64,000 nt of DNA from Candidatus Moraniibacteriota bacterium (GCA_040772365.1 JAXGYI010000001.1:5416-69415); one strand, 5' to 3'; counted from the first letter of the stretch, positions 9,194 to 19,084 are shown. Program-made: numbers and translations. The notes: generated by a model from the sequence alone, not told the origin.

Positions 9194-9734
9194 CTCAGAC
9201 ATCTTCCGGCGAATCTCTCTTCCCCATAAGAGGTCTGGAGTAAGATTCACCGGGCGCCAAGTCGCCCGAAAAAAATATTTTATGGGCATGGCGCCCGGTA
9301 TAGTTCGCATGCACGAACATGTAACCTTTCGAGATTTTCTCGCATCGGGTGAGGTATGCGATCAATCTACTAGTGGAACATGTATTTTCTGTACATGCAT
9401 TTTTACGCATGGTATTCCCAGGTTACTTTTACCTGCGTTTTCTTCCACCATCCTACGGATTTCCCCTAATTTTTCTAAAGAACTTTCCACATTTTTTTAT
9501 ATTTTTGTTTGTGGCGATTACCTCCGACAATGCGAAGATAATGTTTTTATTTTTGTTTTGTGTACGAAGCCGGGAACTTTGAAAGACTTCGTGTGTAGTA
9601 ATAATTTTATTACTACAGTAGGACAGGGGAAGAATTTCCAATCACAAATAGGGGGAAATTGTGATTGGAAATTCTTCCTCCATCAAGATATGTTGTAAAG
9701 GTGCGTGTGAATAGTTCTCCTTCACTAGCTGTAT
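9157..9734 (-). ncRNA. candidate large structured ncRNA (~570 nt), family unknown
   Basis: Strong promoter at 9741-9769, terminator at 9157-9193, about ten stems, no convincing ORF. Confidence 0.5.
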
Positions 9735-9740
9735 ACAACC

Positions 9741-9769
9741 ATTATAGCATTTTACATACGCATCGTCAA
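9741..9769 (-). promoter_or_regulatory. sigma70 promoter
   Basis: TTGACG-17bp-TATAAT with extended TG. Confidence 0.8.
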
Positions 9770-9889
9770 AGGTAGTGAGGTTTTTTTATGATAAACACAG
9801 ACTTTTCTACGCTCTTTACGATTTAAAAAATACTATCACAACCACTGCGCAAAAAAGAAAGAAAGACTCTTTATAAGAACAGGTGATTT

Positions 9890-9928
9890 TTATCCACACA
9901 TTATACACAACTTCACAAGTTATCCACA
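9890..9928 (+). promoter_or_regulatory. second DnaA-box cluster
   Basis: TTATCCACA 9890-9898, TTATACACA 9901-9909, TTATCCACA 9920-9928. Confidence 0.8.
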
Positions 9929-10018
9929 GAATAGATGAGAGTTTGGTATGAAGAAGAAAAACATCACGCACAGAATCACTAGTTTCGTACGGATGTAAAA
10001 GGAAGGTTTGAAGTGGTA

Positions 10019-11116
10019 TTAGTAGCTAAACTCCGGCAGTGGTTCCTGATACGATGTTTTTTCATGTAACATGTCAAAAATTGCACGTAGTGTATTTTTT
10101 GATGTTCCGATAAGCCATTGCTTATTGAGTATGGCATAATCAATAGAGTAGGTTTCTTCCTCATTAAGATTGGTGTAGCGCAACGGTTTATTGTAATAAG
10201 TATTGTCTTGAAAGACAATGGGGTGTGTAGATATAACCTCAGATGAGAGAAAAGGTGCTAGCGCCTGCGAAAGCAGATGCTCTTGTGTTACGAGGGTTGA
10301 TTGTAGTACAAGGGGATCTTTAATATCTACAACGAGACCAAAGCGTATACCTGTTTCAGGATCGTTATAGGCATACAGTTCAAAGTTTTTATCTAAAACG
10401 GAGAGAATGTCTTCTGTGAGACCGAGTTTTGCTGCAAGGGCAAATTGGTGAAAAGATATGGGTGTAGTAGTGCTGTCAGTGACAATGAAAATTACTGGAT
10501 CTGTAGGTGACTGTTGTGAGAGCTGTGTGCGTATTGTGGAGAGCTGTGTTGTAATTTCTGTGGCAACAGAGGGGCTGGCGAGATCAATCGTAAAATAATT
10601 TGGTATACTCAGAGAATATGTAGAAGGTTCAGGTGTTGGATCTTCTTGTAAGGTGGGTATTTCTGGTTCATGTGGTGTATCTGGTGTAGGAGGAGGCGTC
10701 TCTTGTTTTTGTGTGGAGATATAATAATATGCCCCACCAGCTACAAAGAGTATAAGGAGAATACCGGCTGTAATAAGAAGAATCTTTTTCCAGGAAGACT
10801 TTTTCTGCTCTATTGGTTGTGGAGCATCTTGTAATTCTGGAGAAATGTCAGAAATAGCGTAATTGATCTTCTCTTGTTCACTGCTGGATGTTGGGGCAAA
10901 AGTATTTTTACCAATACCATCAGTTTCTGCTGATGGGGTATCAGAAAGGAAGGGGTTTGGTTCGGATGATTTTTTCGGTGATGAGGGTGTGGGTAAGGGT
11001 GTGTCGTGAGATGCTTGCGCGTTTTGCTGTGGTTGTGATTTTCGCGCAGCATTATCACTCTGTAGAGTGTGAACTTCGAAGGGCGTGGTGGGGTTTTTTT
11101 GATTTTTGTTTTCCAT
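10019..11116 (-). CDS. membrane-anchored hypothetical protein
   Basis: Disordered N-terminus, single TM helix, Pro-rich linker, globular C-terminal domain. Confidence 0.8.
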   Translation of the reverse strand: MENKNQKNPTTPFEVHTLQSDNAARKSQPQQNAQASHDTPLPTPSSPKKSSEPNPFLSDTPSAETDGIGKNTFAPTSSSEQEKINYAISDISPELQDAPQPIEQKKSSWKKILLITAGILLILFVAGGAYYYISTQKQETPPPTPDTPHEPEIPTLQEDPTPEPSTYSLSIPNYFTIDLASPSVATEITTQLSTIRTQLSQQSPTDPVIFIVTDSTTTPISFHQFALAAKLGLTEDILSVLDKNFELYAYNDPETGIRFGLVVDIKDPLVLQSTLVTQEHLLSQALAPFLSSEVISTHPIVFQDNTYYNKPLRYTNLNEEETYSIDYAILNKQWLIGTSKNTLRAIFDMLHEKTSYQEPLPEFSY

Positions 11117-11132
11117 AATATAGTAGGTGAAG

Positions 11133-11163
11133 CTAAAGACATTGCATAATGCAATGTCTTTAG
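11133..11163 (-). terminator. hairpin after pnp
   Basis: CTAAAGACATTGCAT-A-ATGCAATGTCTTTAG palindrome. Confidence 0.65.
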
Positions 11164-11190
11164 TGTAGCATAGAATGCTGTGAAATAAAA

Positions 11191-13302
11191 CTATGCTTTT
11201 GGAAGCAGGGCCTTCATGGATAAATTGATGCGTCCCTGACTGTCAATCTCTTTTACTTTTACGGAAATAGTATCGCCAAGCTTTACAATGTCTTCTACGC
11301 TGTTAACGCGATGGTGTGCAAGTTCACTAATGTGCACAAGACCATCTTTACCAGGAAGAATTTGTACGAACGCCCCAAACTCCATAATACGTACAACTGT
11401 ACCTTCAAATACCTCTCCTGCCACAACATCACGCGTGAGGTTGTGTACCATACTCTGTGCTGATGCAGCACTTTGTCCATCTGGTGCGGTAATAAAAACC
11501 GTACCATCATCCTCAATGTCGACGCAAACACCAGTTTTATCAATAATATCATTGATAATTTTTCCACCAGGACCAATGACGTCGCGAATCTTATCCGGGT
11601 GAATATGCATTGTGATAATGCGTGGTGCATATGGTGAGAGGTCACTATTCGGCTGTGGGATTGTTGCGAGCATTTTATCGAGAATGTGCATCCGTCCACT
11701 GCGTGCCTGCTCAAGTGTTGCGCGGAACATTTCTGCAGTAATACCAGACATTTTTACATCCATCTGTACGGCAGTGATACCTTTTTCTGTGCCTGCGACT
11801 TTAAGATCCATATCACCGTAGTGGTCTTCTGCACCCTGGATATCAGAGAGAACGGTGTAGGTGCCAGATGTATCACTCATCATGCCCATAGCAATACCAC
11901 TAACAGGTCGTGTAATAGGAACACCAGCATGCATTAGCGAGAGCGTGGACCCACAGGTTGCTGCCATTGATGATGATCCATTTGATTCTAGAATTTCTGA
12001 TACCAAGAGCATTGTATAAGGAAAGGCATCTTTCTGAGGTAGTACAGGAAGGAGGGCTTTTTCTGCCAAAGCGCCGTGCCCGATTTCACGTCGACCAGGT
12101 CCGCGCATAAAGCGTACTTCACCAACAGAGTATGGAGGAAAGTTATAGTGGTGAATGTAGGCTTTTTTCTTATCCACCTCCATTGTATCAATAATTTGTT
12201 GATCACCTGGCGCGCCAAGTGTTGTCACGGTTAGTGCCTGTGTCTCTCCACGTGTAAATAGAGCAGAGCCGTGTGGACGCGGCAAGATGCCAACATCACA
12301 TGTGATAGGGCGAATTTCATCAGGCGTCCGTCCGTCTGGGCGACGATTGTTTTCGATAATATTACGATGCACGATAGTATCGCAGATATCATCATAGACT
12401 AGGGAGAAAATGTCGGAAAAGTACTCCTTCTCATCTTCCTCAAGTGTCTCTTCTACTGCAGATTTTGCTGTATCATACACATGTGTAGTTTGTGCTGCAA
12501 TCTCTGTTTTTGTGCCGTAGAGCGCATCTTCAATGCCGTGAGAGAGGAGTACCTCTTTAATGCGATTTTCCAGATCATCGCTACCGCGGAGGAGCGTTGC
12601 AGCGCGTTTTGGCACACCAACCTCTGCGACAATCTCACGAATAAACTTTGTGATTTCCCCAACAGCTTCATGACCTTTTTCGAATGCGTGCAATAAATCT
12701 TCTTCGGGCACCTCTTGTGCACTAGCTTCTATCATGTTGATCTTTTTATCAGTTCCAGATAATGTAAGGTGTAGCACGCTATTTTCTTCTTGAGCGGTTG
12801 TTGGATTGATAATAATTTTTCCATCAACCATGCCGACGCGTACAGCGCCAACAGGACCATCCCAAGGAATATCGGAAATTGCTAGTGCAGCACTTGCAGC
12901 AATGATTGAGATGATATCAGGATCGTTTTCACCATCAATAGAGAGCACAGTAAGCACAACCTGGACTTCATTACGCATGCGCATATTAAAGAGAGGGCGA
13001 ATCGTGCGATCCACCGCACGTCCAGCTAAAACAGCATCATCACTTGGACGACCTTCACGCTTGATAAAGCGAGAACCCTTAATCTTCCCTGCAGCGTAAT
13101 AGCGTTCTTCATAATCAACCATTAGCGGAAAATAGCCCATAACACCGCTTTTGTTTTTACTCATTACAGCAGTGGCAAGGACCTGTGTATCACCGCAGCG
13201 CACCATTACAGCGCCGTCAGCTTGTTTTGCAACGCGACCGGTTTCAATAGTGAAATCACGGCCAGCAATTGATCGTGTCCATGTACGTAGTGGATGTAGC
13301 AT
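11191..13302 (-). CDS. pnp: polyribonucleotide nucleotidyltransferase
   Basis: Two RNase PH domains ([16 protein letters not shown]), KH and S1 domains; ATG at 13302. Confidence 0.97.
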   Translation of the reverse strand: MLHPLRTWTRSIAGRDFTIETGRVAKQADGAVMVRCGDTQVLATAVMSKNKSGVMGYFPLMVDYEERYYAAGKIKGSRFIKREGRPSDDAVLAGRAVDRTIRPLFNMRMRNEVQVVLTVLSIDGENDPDIISIIAASAALAISDIPWDGPVGAVRVGMVDGKIIINPTTAQEENSVLHLTLSGTDKKINMIEASAQEVPEEDLLHAFEKGHEAVGEITKFIREIVAEVGVPKRAATLLRGSDDLENRIKEVLLSHGIEDALYGTKTEIAAQTTHVYDTAKSAVEETLEEDEKEYFSDIFSLVYDDICDTIVHRNIIENNRRPDGRTPDEIRPITCDVGILPRPHGSALFTRGETQALTVTTLGAPGDQQIIDTMEVDKKKAYIHHYNFPPYSVGEVRFMRGPGRREIGHGALAEKALLPVLPQKDAFPYTMLLVSEILESNGSSSMAATCGSTLSLMHAGVPITRPVSGIAMGMMSDTSGTYTVLSDIQGAEDHYGDMDLKVAGTEKGITAVQMDVKMSGITAEMFRATLEQARSGRMHILDKMLATIPQPNSDLSPYAPRIITMHIHPDKIRDVIGPGGKIINDIIDKTGVCVDIEDDGTVFITAPDGQSAASAQSMVHNLTRDVVAGEVFEGTVVRIMEFGAFVQILPGKDGLVHISELAHHRVNSVEDIVKLGDTISVKVKEIDSQGRINLSMKALLPKA

Positions 13303-13309
13303 GTTTCTG

Positions 13310-13459
13310 TGCCGCACACATAGACAGTCTATAAATATACAGATATCATTCGCATTGAAGATCGTGCGACAGAAATCTGTATTTTCATAGGATGGCTATG
13401 TACGGCAAAAATAAAAATTATCTATGGTGCAGTATGACATGGATGGAGATGAAAGTCAA
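13310..13459 (-). promoter_or_regulatory. pnp promoter and long leader stem-loop
   Basis: TTGACT-17bp-CATACT at 13459-13431; ~100-nt imperfect hairpin 13310-13407. Confidence 0.7.
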
Positions 13460-13503
13460 TTATATGGTATACTGAAAATGTGATCTTTTACCATGGATAC
13501 AGC

Positions 13504-14142
13504 ATGACTTCTTTTGAAAAAAAACTCATTGTAGAGAGTAGCCGAGAGTCTATGTTTCTGCGTACATTGAAACACATAGATTTTGGTGTATCTATGATAC
13601 TACGTAATTATGGCGTAGAAGATCTATTCAATACCCCTGTGGATGAATTTGTACGTAATACATATGCATCAGAAAAAGAAGACGCGGCAAAACTGTCTGA
13701 TACAGAGAGGGCTGTCTTAGAATCTAAAATTACAGCGCAGCACTCCATTGAGCTTTTACAACAAAGTATTCGAGGGTATTTTTATGCAGCTGCCACAGGC
13801 ATTAAAAATCGTAAGTTGCGCGAACAGCAAGCACGTCATGGAAAAAACTTTAAAGAAGCGGAGTTTGCACAAGCTCTTGAAGAAGCAACGCTTGCTGCCA
13901 CTCAAAACCTCTGTGATACAACATATACACAATTTCATCATGATATGATACAAATGGCTGCTAAGCATGGCATCACACATGATGCGGAACTTTATTTTAC
14001 GTGGCGTATTGAAAAAAGTGGCCTACCAATCGTATTTACAATGGACACGAGCGACTCTGGACCACGCCTTACAGCACCTGACTTTTATACAGATTCTGCG
14101 CTGCAAGAGTTTCACGCGTGGAATCGTGAAATGTCAATGTAA
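13504..14142 (+). CDS. hypothetical protein
   Basis: Long ORF; start could instead be the GTG at 13480. Confidence 0.75.
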   Translation: MTSFEKKLIVESSRESMFLRTLKHIDFGVSMILRNYGVEDLFNTPVDEFVRNTYASEKEDAAKLSDTERAVLESKITAQHSIELLQQSIRGYFYAAATGIKNRKLREQQARHGKNFKEAEFAQALEEATLAATQNLCDTTYTQFHHDMIQMAAKHGITHDAELYFTWRIEKSGLPIVFTMDTSDSGPRLTAPDFYTDSALQEFHAWNREMSM

Positions 14143-14154
14143 TACAGTGAGGTT

Positions 14155-14472
14155 ATGATGGCACAAAAAAAGCAAAAACAAAAGATTGCAGAGCTGCTTT
14201 TAGAACGGGTTGATCTTGGTGATATTACGGAGACCAAGAAACTCTTTCTTTTGGATAAAATTAACACAATTCTCACCAAGCGTATTATTGCGGCGCTTAT
14301 TCTGCATGCTCCTGCAGATAAAAAAGATCTTTTTGTAGAGAAGATTAATCAGCATAAAGATCAGCCGGATAGGATCATTCTCTTCATTGATCACTTCATT
14401 CCCGATGCGGACAGTATTATTGATGCCGAAATTACTAAGGTTTCCGATGAAATCATGCAGAGTCTACAGTGA
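14155..14472 (+). CDS. small helical hypothetical protein (possibly DUF5663-like)
   Basis: 105-aa ORF, co-oriented with the previous gene; family assignment by resemblance only. Confidence 0.65.
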   Translation: MMAQKKQKQKIAELLLERVDLGDITETKKLFLLDKINTILTKRIIAALILHAPADKKDLFVEKINQHKDQPDRIILFIDHFIPDADSIIDAEITKVSDEIMQSLQ

Positions 14473-14604
14473 CTCTGTTAATAGTAAATCGGATACGATA
14501 AAGGTGCTTTCATAATAAGAGCATTTTTTTATTTGGAAAAAGGTGTGATATGTGTAGGGTGTTACTACAGAATAACTATTGCTACAAGGAAGCAAGGTAA
14601 ACCA

Positions 14605-14633
14605 TTGACAATGAAACAAAAGTATGCTATAAT
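14605..14633 (+). promoter_or_regulatory. sigma70 promoter
   Basis: TTGACA-17bp-TATAAT with extended TG. Confidence 0.85.
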
Positions 14634-14725
14634 GGTCGGTCATGTGAAAAAATCGCATGATCGCGCTATCTGTGTGAAAAGCACGCACAAAGTAGCACAG
14701 GCGCGGTAAACCGTGAGTCTCGTTC

Positions 14726-15202
14726 ATGAGGTTTATCATTATCAGTATACTTTTTCTTGCGCTGGGTATTATGAGTACAACACCTGCGCATGCTGCAGAA
14801 ATTCAGATCGTGCAGTTCCCTACAATCTATCAGTACATGACAGAAATGCTTAATATTACACATATTGCACATGCAGAGAGTATTCCTGTGCAGCCAGTTG
14901 CTTATATAGAGCACTCCGATACATTTACAATTAATGCATCCGCATACACGGCCGCTGCTGATGAGTGTGGTAAAAGTGATGGTATTACTGCTTCCGGTGC
15001 AAAAGTTACACCGCAGCGCACACTTGCCTGCCCCCCGTCATATGCCTTTGGTACGAAAATCCACATTGTTGGTATGGGCGAGTATGTCTGTGAAGACCGT
15101 GGCGGTGCAATTAAGGGCAATAAGTTTGATATCTATATGGAAACAAAAAAAGAGGCATTCGCATTCGGGCGTCGTCAGCTTGAGGCATATGTCATTCTAT
15201 AA
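14726..15202 (+). CDS. 3D-domain secreted protein (peptidoglycan-related)
   Basis: Signal peptide; ASAYT, GITASG, EDRGGAIKGNKFDIY. Confidence 0.9.
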   Translation: MRFIIISILFLALGIMSTTPAHAAEIQIVQFPTIYQYMTEMLNITHIAHAESIPVQPVAYIEHSDTFTINASAYTAAADECGKSDGITASGAKVTPQRTLACPPSYAFGTKIHIVGMGEYVCEDRGGAIKGNKFDIYMETKKEAFAFGRRQLEAYVIL

Positions 15203-15231
15203 TATAGACAATGCTATAATAAAAAATGCAG

Positions 15232-15263
15232 AAACCACTTCGTATTATTATGAAGTGGTTTTT
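15232..15263. terminator. intrinsic terminator
   Basis: AAACCACTTCGTA...TATGAAGTGGTTTTT. Confidence 0.75.
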
Positions 15264-15268
15264 GTGTG

Positions 15269-15353
15269 TGCCCGGGGCGAGACTTGAACTCGCACGAATT
15301 ATGCATTCAAGGAATTTTAAGTCCCTCGTGTCTACCAGTTTCACCACCCGGGC
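15269..15353 (-). tRNA. tRNA-Leu(TAA)
   Basis: GCCCGGG/CCCGGGC stem, CT TAA AA loop, variable arm. Confidence 0.93.
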
Positions 15354-15382
15354 AAGATGATCGGAAATGATATCATTTTTTG

Positions 15383-15453
15383 AGGTCGCGCCCGGAATTG
15401 AACCGGGGTACAGGGTTTTGCAGACCCTTGCCTAACCACTCGGCCACGCGACC
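15383..15453 (-). tRNA. tRNA-Cys(GCA)
   Basis: GGTCGCG/CGCGACC stem, CT GCA AA loop, U73. Confidence 0.94.
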
Positions 15454-15492
15454 ATTGTACAGGTGTAAGAGTATCAAATTGTAGCACGGTGG

Positions 15493-16092
15493 TCAATTGC
15501 CGCGCTCTTTAGTGATATGTGTGAGGATTTTGGGAATACGTGCGAAGTCTGCAAAAAGTGTGTCGCGCAGTCCTCCATTGTAGAGTGCTGCTGCAGGATG
15601 GTAGAGTGCATAATAGACACGCGTACCAAGTCCGTCAATAGTACGTCGAAATGCCTTACCATGATCAGAGGAAATGTGTCGGTCAGGTACAAAACGGTTG
15701 AGCGCATGGCGTCCAAGTGGCACAATGAGTAGAGGATCAATAAGTTTCACTTGTTCTTGCAGCCATAGCCAACAATCCGCTACTTCTTCTGGCAGTGGAT
15801 CGCGGTTGTGCGGTGGGCGATATTTCACGATGTTAGTAATGTAAACATCATCTCTTTCTAGGCTGATTGTAGCAAGGAGTTCACTTAAAAATTTTCCCGC
15901 AGCGCCGACAAATGGTTCCCCCATTTCATCCTCCTTTGCCCCCGGCGCCTCACCAATAAACATGATGCGTGCGTATGCACTACCCTTTCCTGGCACGACG
16001 TTTGTAGCAGTTTCTTTAAGTGCGCATGCACACATGTCGTGCATAACAGTATTGAGTTTTTCAAGTTGTTGCTGCTTGTTTGCAGATGGCAT
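15493..16092 (-). CDS. uracil-DNA glycosylase family 4
   Basis: GEAPG, PFVGAAG, YHPAA motifs. Confidence 0.93.
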   Translation of the reverse strand: MPSANKQQQLEKLNTVMHDMCACALKETATNVVPGKGSAYARIMFIGEAPGAKEDEMGEPFVGAAGKFLSELLATISLERDDVYITNIVKYRPPHNRDPLPEEVADCWLWLQEQVKLIDPLLIVPLGRHALNRFVPDRHISSDHGKAFRRTIDGLGTRVYYALYHPAAALYNGGLRDTLFADFARIPKILTHITKERGN

Positions 16093-16129
16093 AGGGCTGA
16101 GGTGGTGATTTTATAGAGGCACTCTTATA

Positions 16130-17107
16130 TTATACCACGCGCCACCCGCCATGTGCATCAACCTCAATATGTCCAGGCATACTAAAGCCACTTGCCAAAG
16201 GATGTCCACCACCTCCCAGACGGTGTGCAATTGCTGACACATCGATATTGGCATGTTTTTCGGCGCGCAGACTACCCTTTATCATATTTTTTCCCGATTG
16301 ATAGATAATAAGTGCTGCTTTTACTGTAGGAACAGTGGTCAGCATGGAGGCAATATTGGAAACCTCTGCACTGTTGATGGCATAGTGATCTCTATCATCT
16401 TGCGTGAGAGCAGTAACGGCAAGTCCACTCTCTTTATAGAATTTTGTTCTTTCCAGTGCTTTACCCCATAAATTTAACGTTTCAATTTTGCGGTTGGCAA
16501 AGAGTGTAGAAATAATTTTTGTAATAGAGGCACCTTTGCGAATAAGATCCGAAGAAATGTGTAAAATATCAGCTGTTGTGTTGGCGTGTTGAAATGCGCC
16601 TGTATCACCGATGATACCACCCAAAAGTGCATGCGCAATGTTTTTTGTTATAGGGAGTCCAGTGTGGATGAAGAAGTTATAAAGCACCTCACATGTTGCA
16701 GCATATCCCCCATCTACAATACGTATATCAGCATCTAGTGTAATGTCATGGTGGTGATCAATAATGATAGTTACACAATCATCGTGCAGTTGCGGAATAA
16801 TTTTTTCAAAACCACGCTCTACACTATCACAGCCGATAGCAACATCAAACACCGATAAATCAAGGTCACTAGGGTGCACAAAGGGTATGTGTGGGTTGAT
16901 GATTGTTAAGCTGTCAGGCATACGATCAAAGCACGCAATCGTGACTTTTTTGTGGTAATTTTGCACGATGAAGTCGTGAAGCGCAGTTGCAGATCCTACA
17001 GCATCAAGATCCGGATGTGTATGTGGCATGATTACAACGTGTTGCGCATTGCGCAATACGTAATCTACTGTGGAAAACTCTTTAAAAAAAAGGTTTTTTG
17101 TAGGCAT
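16130..17107 (-). CDS. nrnA: DHH family oligoribonuclease/PAP phosphatase
   Basis: HPDLDAVGS, IDHH, GDTG, GGGGH motifs; next to rbfA. Confidence 0.9.
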   Translation of the reverse strand: MPTKNLFFKEFSTVDYVLRNAQHVVIMPHTHPDLDAVGSATALHDFIVQNYHKKVTIACFDRMPDSLTIINPHIPFVHPSDLDLSVFDVAIGCDSVERGFEKIIPQLHDDCVTIIIDHHHDITLDADIRIVDGGYAATCEVLYNFFIHTGLPITKNIAHALLGGIIGDTGAFQHANTTADILHISSDLIRKGASITKIISTLFANRKIETLNLWGKALERTKFYKESGLAVTALTQDDRDHYAINSAEVSNIASMLTTVPTVKAALIIYQSGKNMIKGSLRAEKHANIDVSAIAHRLGGGGHPLASGFSMPGHIEVDAHGGWRVV

Positions 17108-17151
17108 AGAGCAACAGAGGTATCGGCGTTTATAGAGACAGTTCTCCCCTT

Positions 17152-17496
17152 CTATTCGTGGTTATCAGCATCGGATTGTAACAAGCGATCAATTACATCA
17201 ACTTCATCACCACGTGGATCATGAGCAAAAGATAGCCGTGGCAATATACGCATAGGCATTACCTTATGGAGATTTTTTTGTAACGTGTTGCGTTCGTGTT
17301 CCAAAGTAGCCATGGCATACGACAAGTCTTTTTGCGGAAAGACACGCACGAACACGCGAGTGTAGCGCATATCATCACTTGTGTCAACCTTTGAAATTGT
17401 CACAAAAACACCGGGTTTAAAGTTTATATCACGCGCCATGATTGCAGAGAGTTCTTTTTCGATGACGGCGTTGATTTTACGGATGCGCTCATGCAT
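17152..17496 (-). CDS. rbfA: ribosome-binding factor A
   Basis: ERIRKIN, VTISKVDTSDD, MRILPRLSF. Confidence 0.9.
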   Translation of the reverse strand: MHERIRKINAVIEKELSAIMARDINFKPGVFVTISKVDTSDDMRYTRVFVRVFPQKDLSYAMATLEHERNTLQKNLHKVMPMRILPRLSFAHDPRGDEVDVIDRLLQSDADNHE

Positions 17497-18136
17497 AGAG
17501 ATGCTATAAAAAGGATAGTTGTATGCGTGTTTTTATACAATACACGATGGTGTCTGTCTCGATCAAAGTTGTGGTGTGCCCCATAGTATTTTCTGTGCGC
17601 GTGTTGTATAAAATCAATGCTTGCTCTAGTTTTTAGGTCTCTGTGACTAATATCACAGGTCGAAAAGTGTGTACGTGGAAGTTCTTTGCGGATGTCACCA
17701 CCCCAGATCTCAGAAAAATCATTCTTGCTATGTGGTACGCTCTGGTGCTTCTTTCCAGTTGGCACAAACTGAGTACAGTACAGTGTATGTTGTAGAAAGA
17801 AAATGCGATGGGAGATAGGCCATCACAGCAATGGTGGCTATGCGTGCAGTTGATAACGTGAATACTACAGATAGTGTGTAAAGCCTTTCTTTAAAGGCTC
17901 TTCCCTATTTTTAATGTAGCATACTATGAATAGACGTGTAAAGTGCGATTTTCATGACGAAATAATGTGCTACATAGCACGTCAACTCACTCAATGTAGT
18001 AACGTAAAATCCATGGATTGCTGTGTGATGTTGTAACACGTGGACCTATAGATGGGTAAGTTCCTCACTCTCTACAGGCTTCTATCAGTGTAAACCCTTG
18101 GTTTAAAGAGATTTTTGGTGAGATTTTTATGAGAGG

Positions 18137-18208
18137 TGCCCTTGGGAAGAATCGAACTTCCATCTAATCCTTAGGAGTGATTTGTTCTATCCATTGAACT
18201 ACAAGGGC
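18137..18208 (-). tRNA. tRNA-Arg(CCT)
   Basis: GCCCTTG/CAAGGGC stem, CT CCT AA loop. Confidence 0.92.
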
Positions 18209-18372
18209 CTGGGGGACCCCCCCTTCCCTTTATTGTAGCGATTTTTCTGGAATCTTTCAATGAGGCTACGCAAGTGGTTATTATTAAAATATATTACATA
18301 AAATATGTCAAGTTTAAAATCCCCTATTTACTACACATTCTCTATAGTTGCACGATAATATTCTTCTCACCA

Positions 18373-19084
18373 TGTTCCACGTGGAACAGTGTGTATGCGA
18401 ATATATTTTCTACGAACTATGCAGTTTTTCCTTCTCGATTAAGAATTATACAATGATCTTTTAGTGATTTTTATAGGGTATTTGTAAATTTTTCATGTTC
18501 CACGTGGAACAATAAGCGAAAAGTAGTAATTTAGGGTTTTTCAGGATGTGTTCAGGTCATGCATATAGTATGATCTTTCCATTGTTCCACATGGAACAAT
18601 GGAAAGATGGGGTAATCTATAAAATAATATACTTACCTATGTTCAGATACTTAGTTTATTGGAGAGCCTAATTTTTTAGGGAAAAATTATACGCAGTATA
18701 CCACAAAATATATCTTTGGATCTTTTTGATAAAAACTTTCTTTGAATTTCATATTGTTCCACGTAGAACAAAATAAAGAACTATAAGGTGGGGGCTTTAT
18801 GGAGAAATACCACTAAAAGGTTCCACGTGGAACATTTTAGTGGGCGTATAGCGCATAAGATGCACTTTTAAGAGAATCTATCAAAACCTTACTTAGGGAT
18901 ACTGTTCTACGTGGAACAGTAAGTTAAGTTAAAATAACGCTCTTGATCTAGGTGTGGGATTTTTTTGTGAAGACGTATCGTTCTTTCAAGATATATATTT
19001 AAGAAATAACACAGTATTATCAAAAAAGCATTTTTAAAATCTTTATAAAAAGGATATTCTGAGCGCAGTGTTCCACATGGAACA
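18373..19084. repeat. parS: cluster of seven parS (ParB-binding) palindromes
   Basis: TGTTCCACGTGGAACA or one-mismatch variants starting at 18373, 18496, 18583, 18755, 18819, 18903, 19069; matches the established parS consensus. Confidence 0.9.

Noticed and set aside
9282-9698. 138-aa plus-strand ORF and short minus-strand ORFs in the candidate ncRNA
   Set aside because: Odd Cys/Phe-rich composition, no recognisable motif, runs against the strong promoter and through long palindromes; not fully excluded without blastx
18032-18047. Eighth parS site (TGTAACACGTGGACCT)
   Set aside because: Four mismatches to the local consensus
18373-19084. CRISPR array
   Set aside because: Repeats are only 16 bp, spacing is irregular (64-172 bp), no cas genes; the sequence equals the parS consensus
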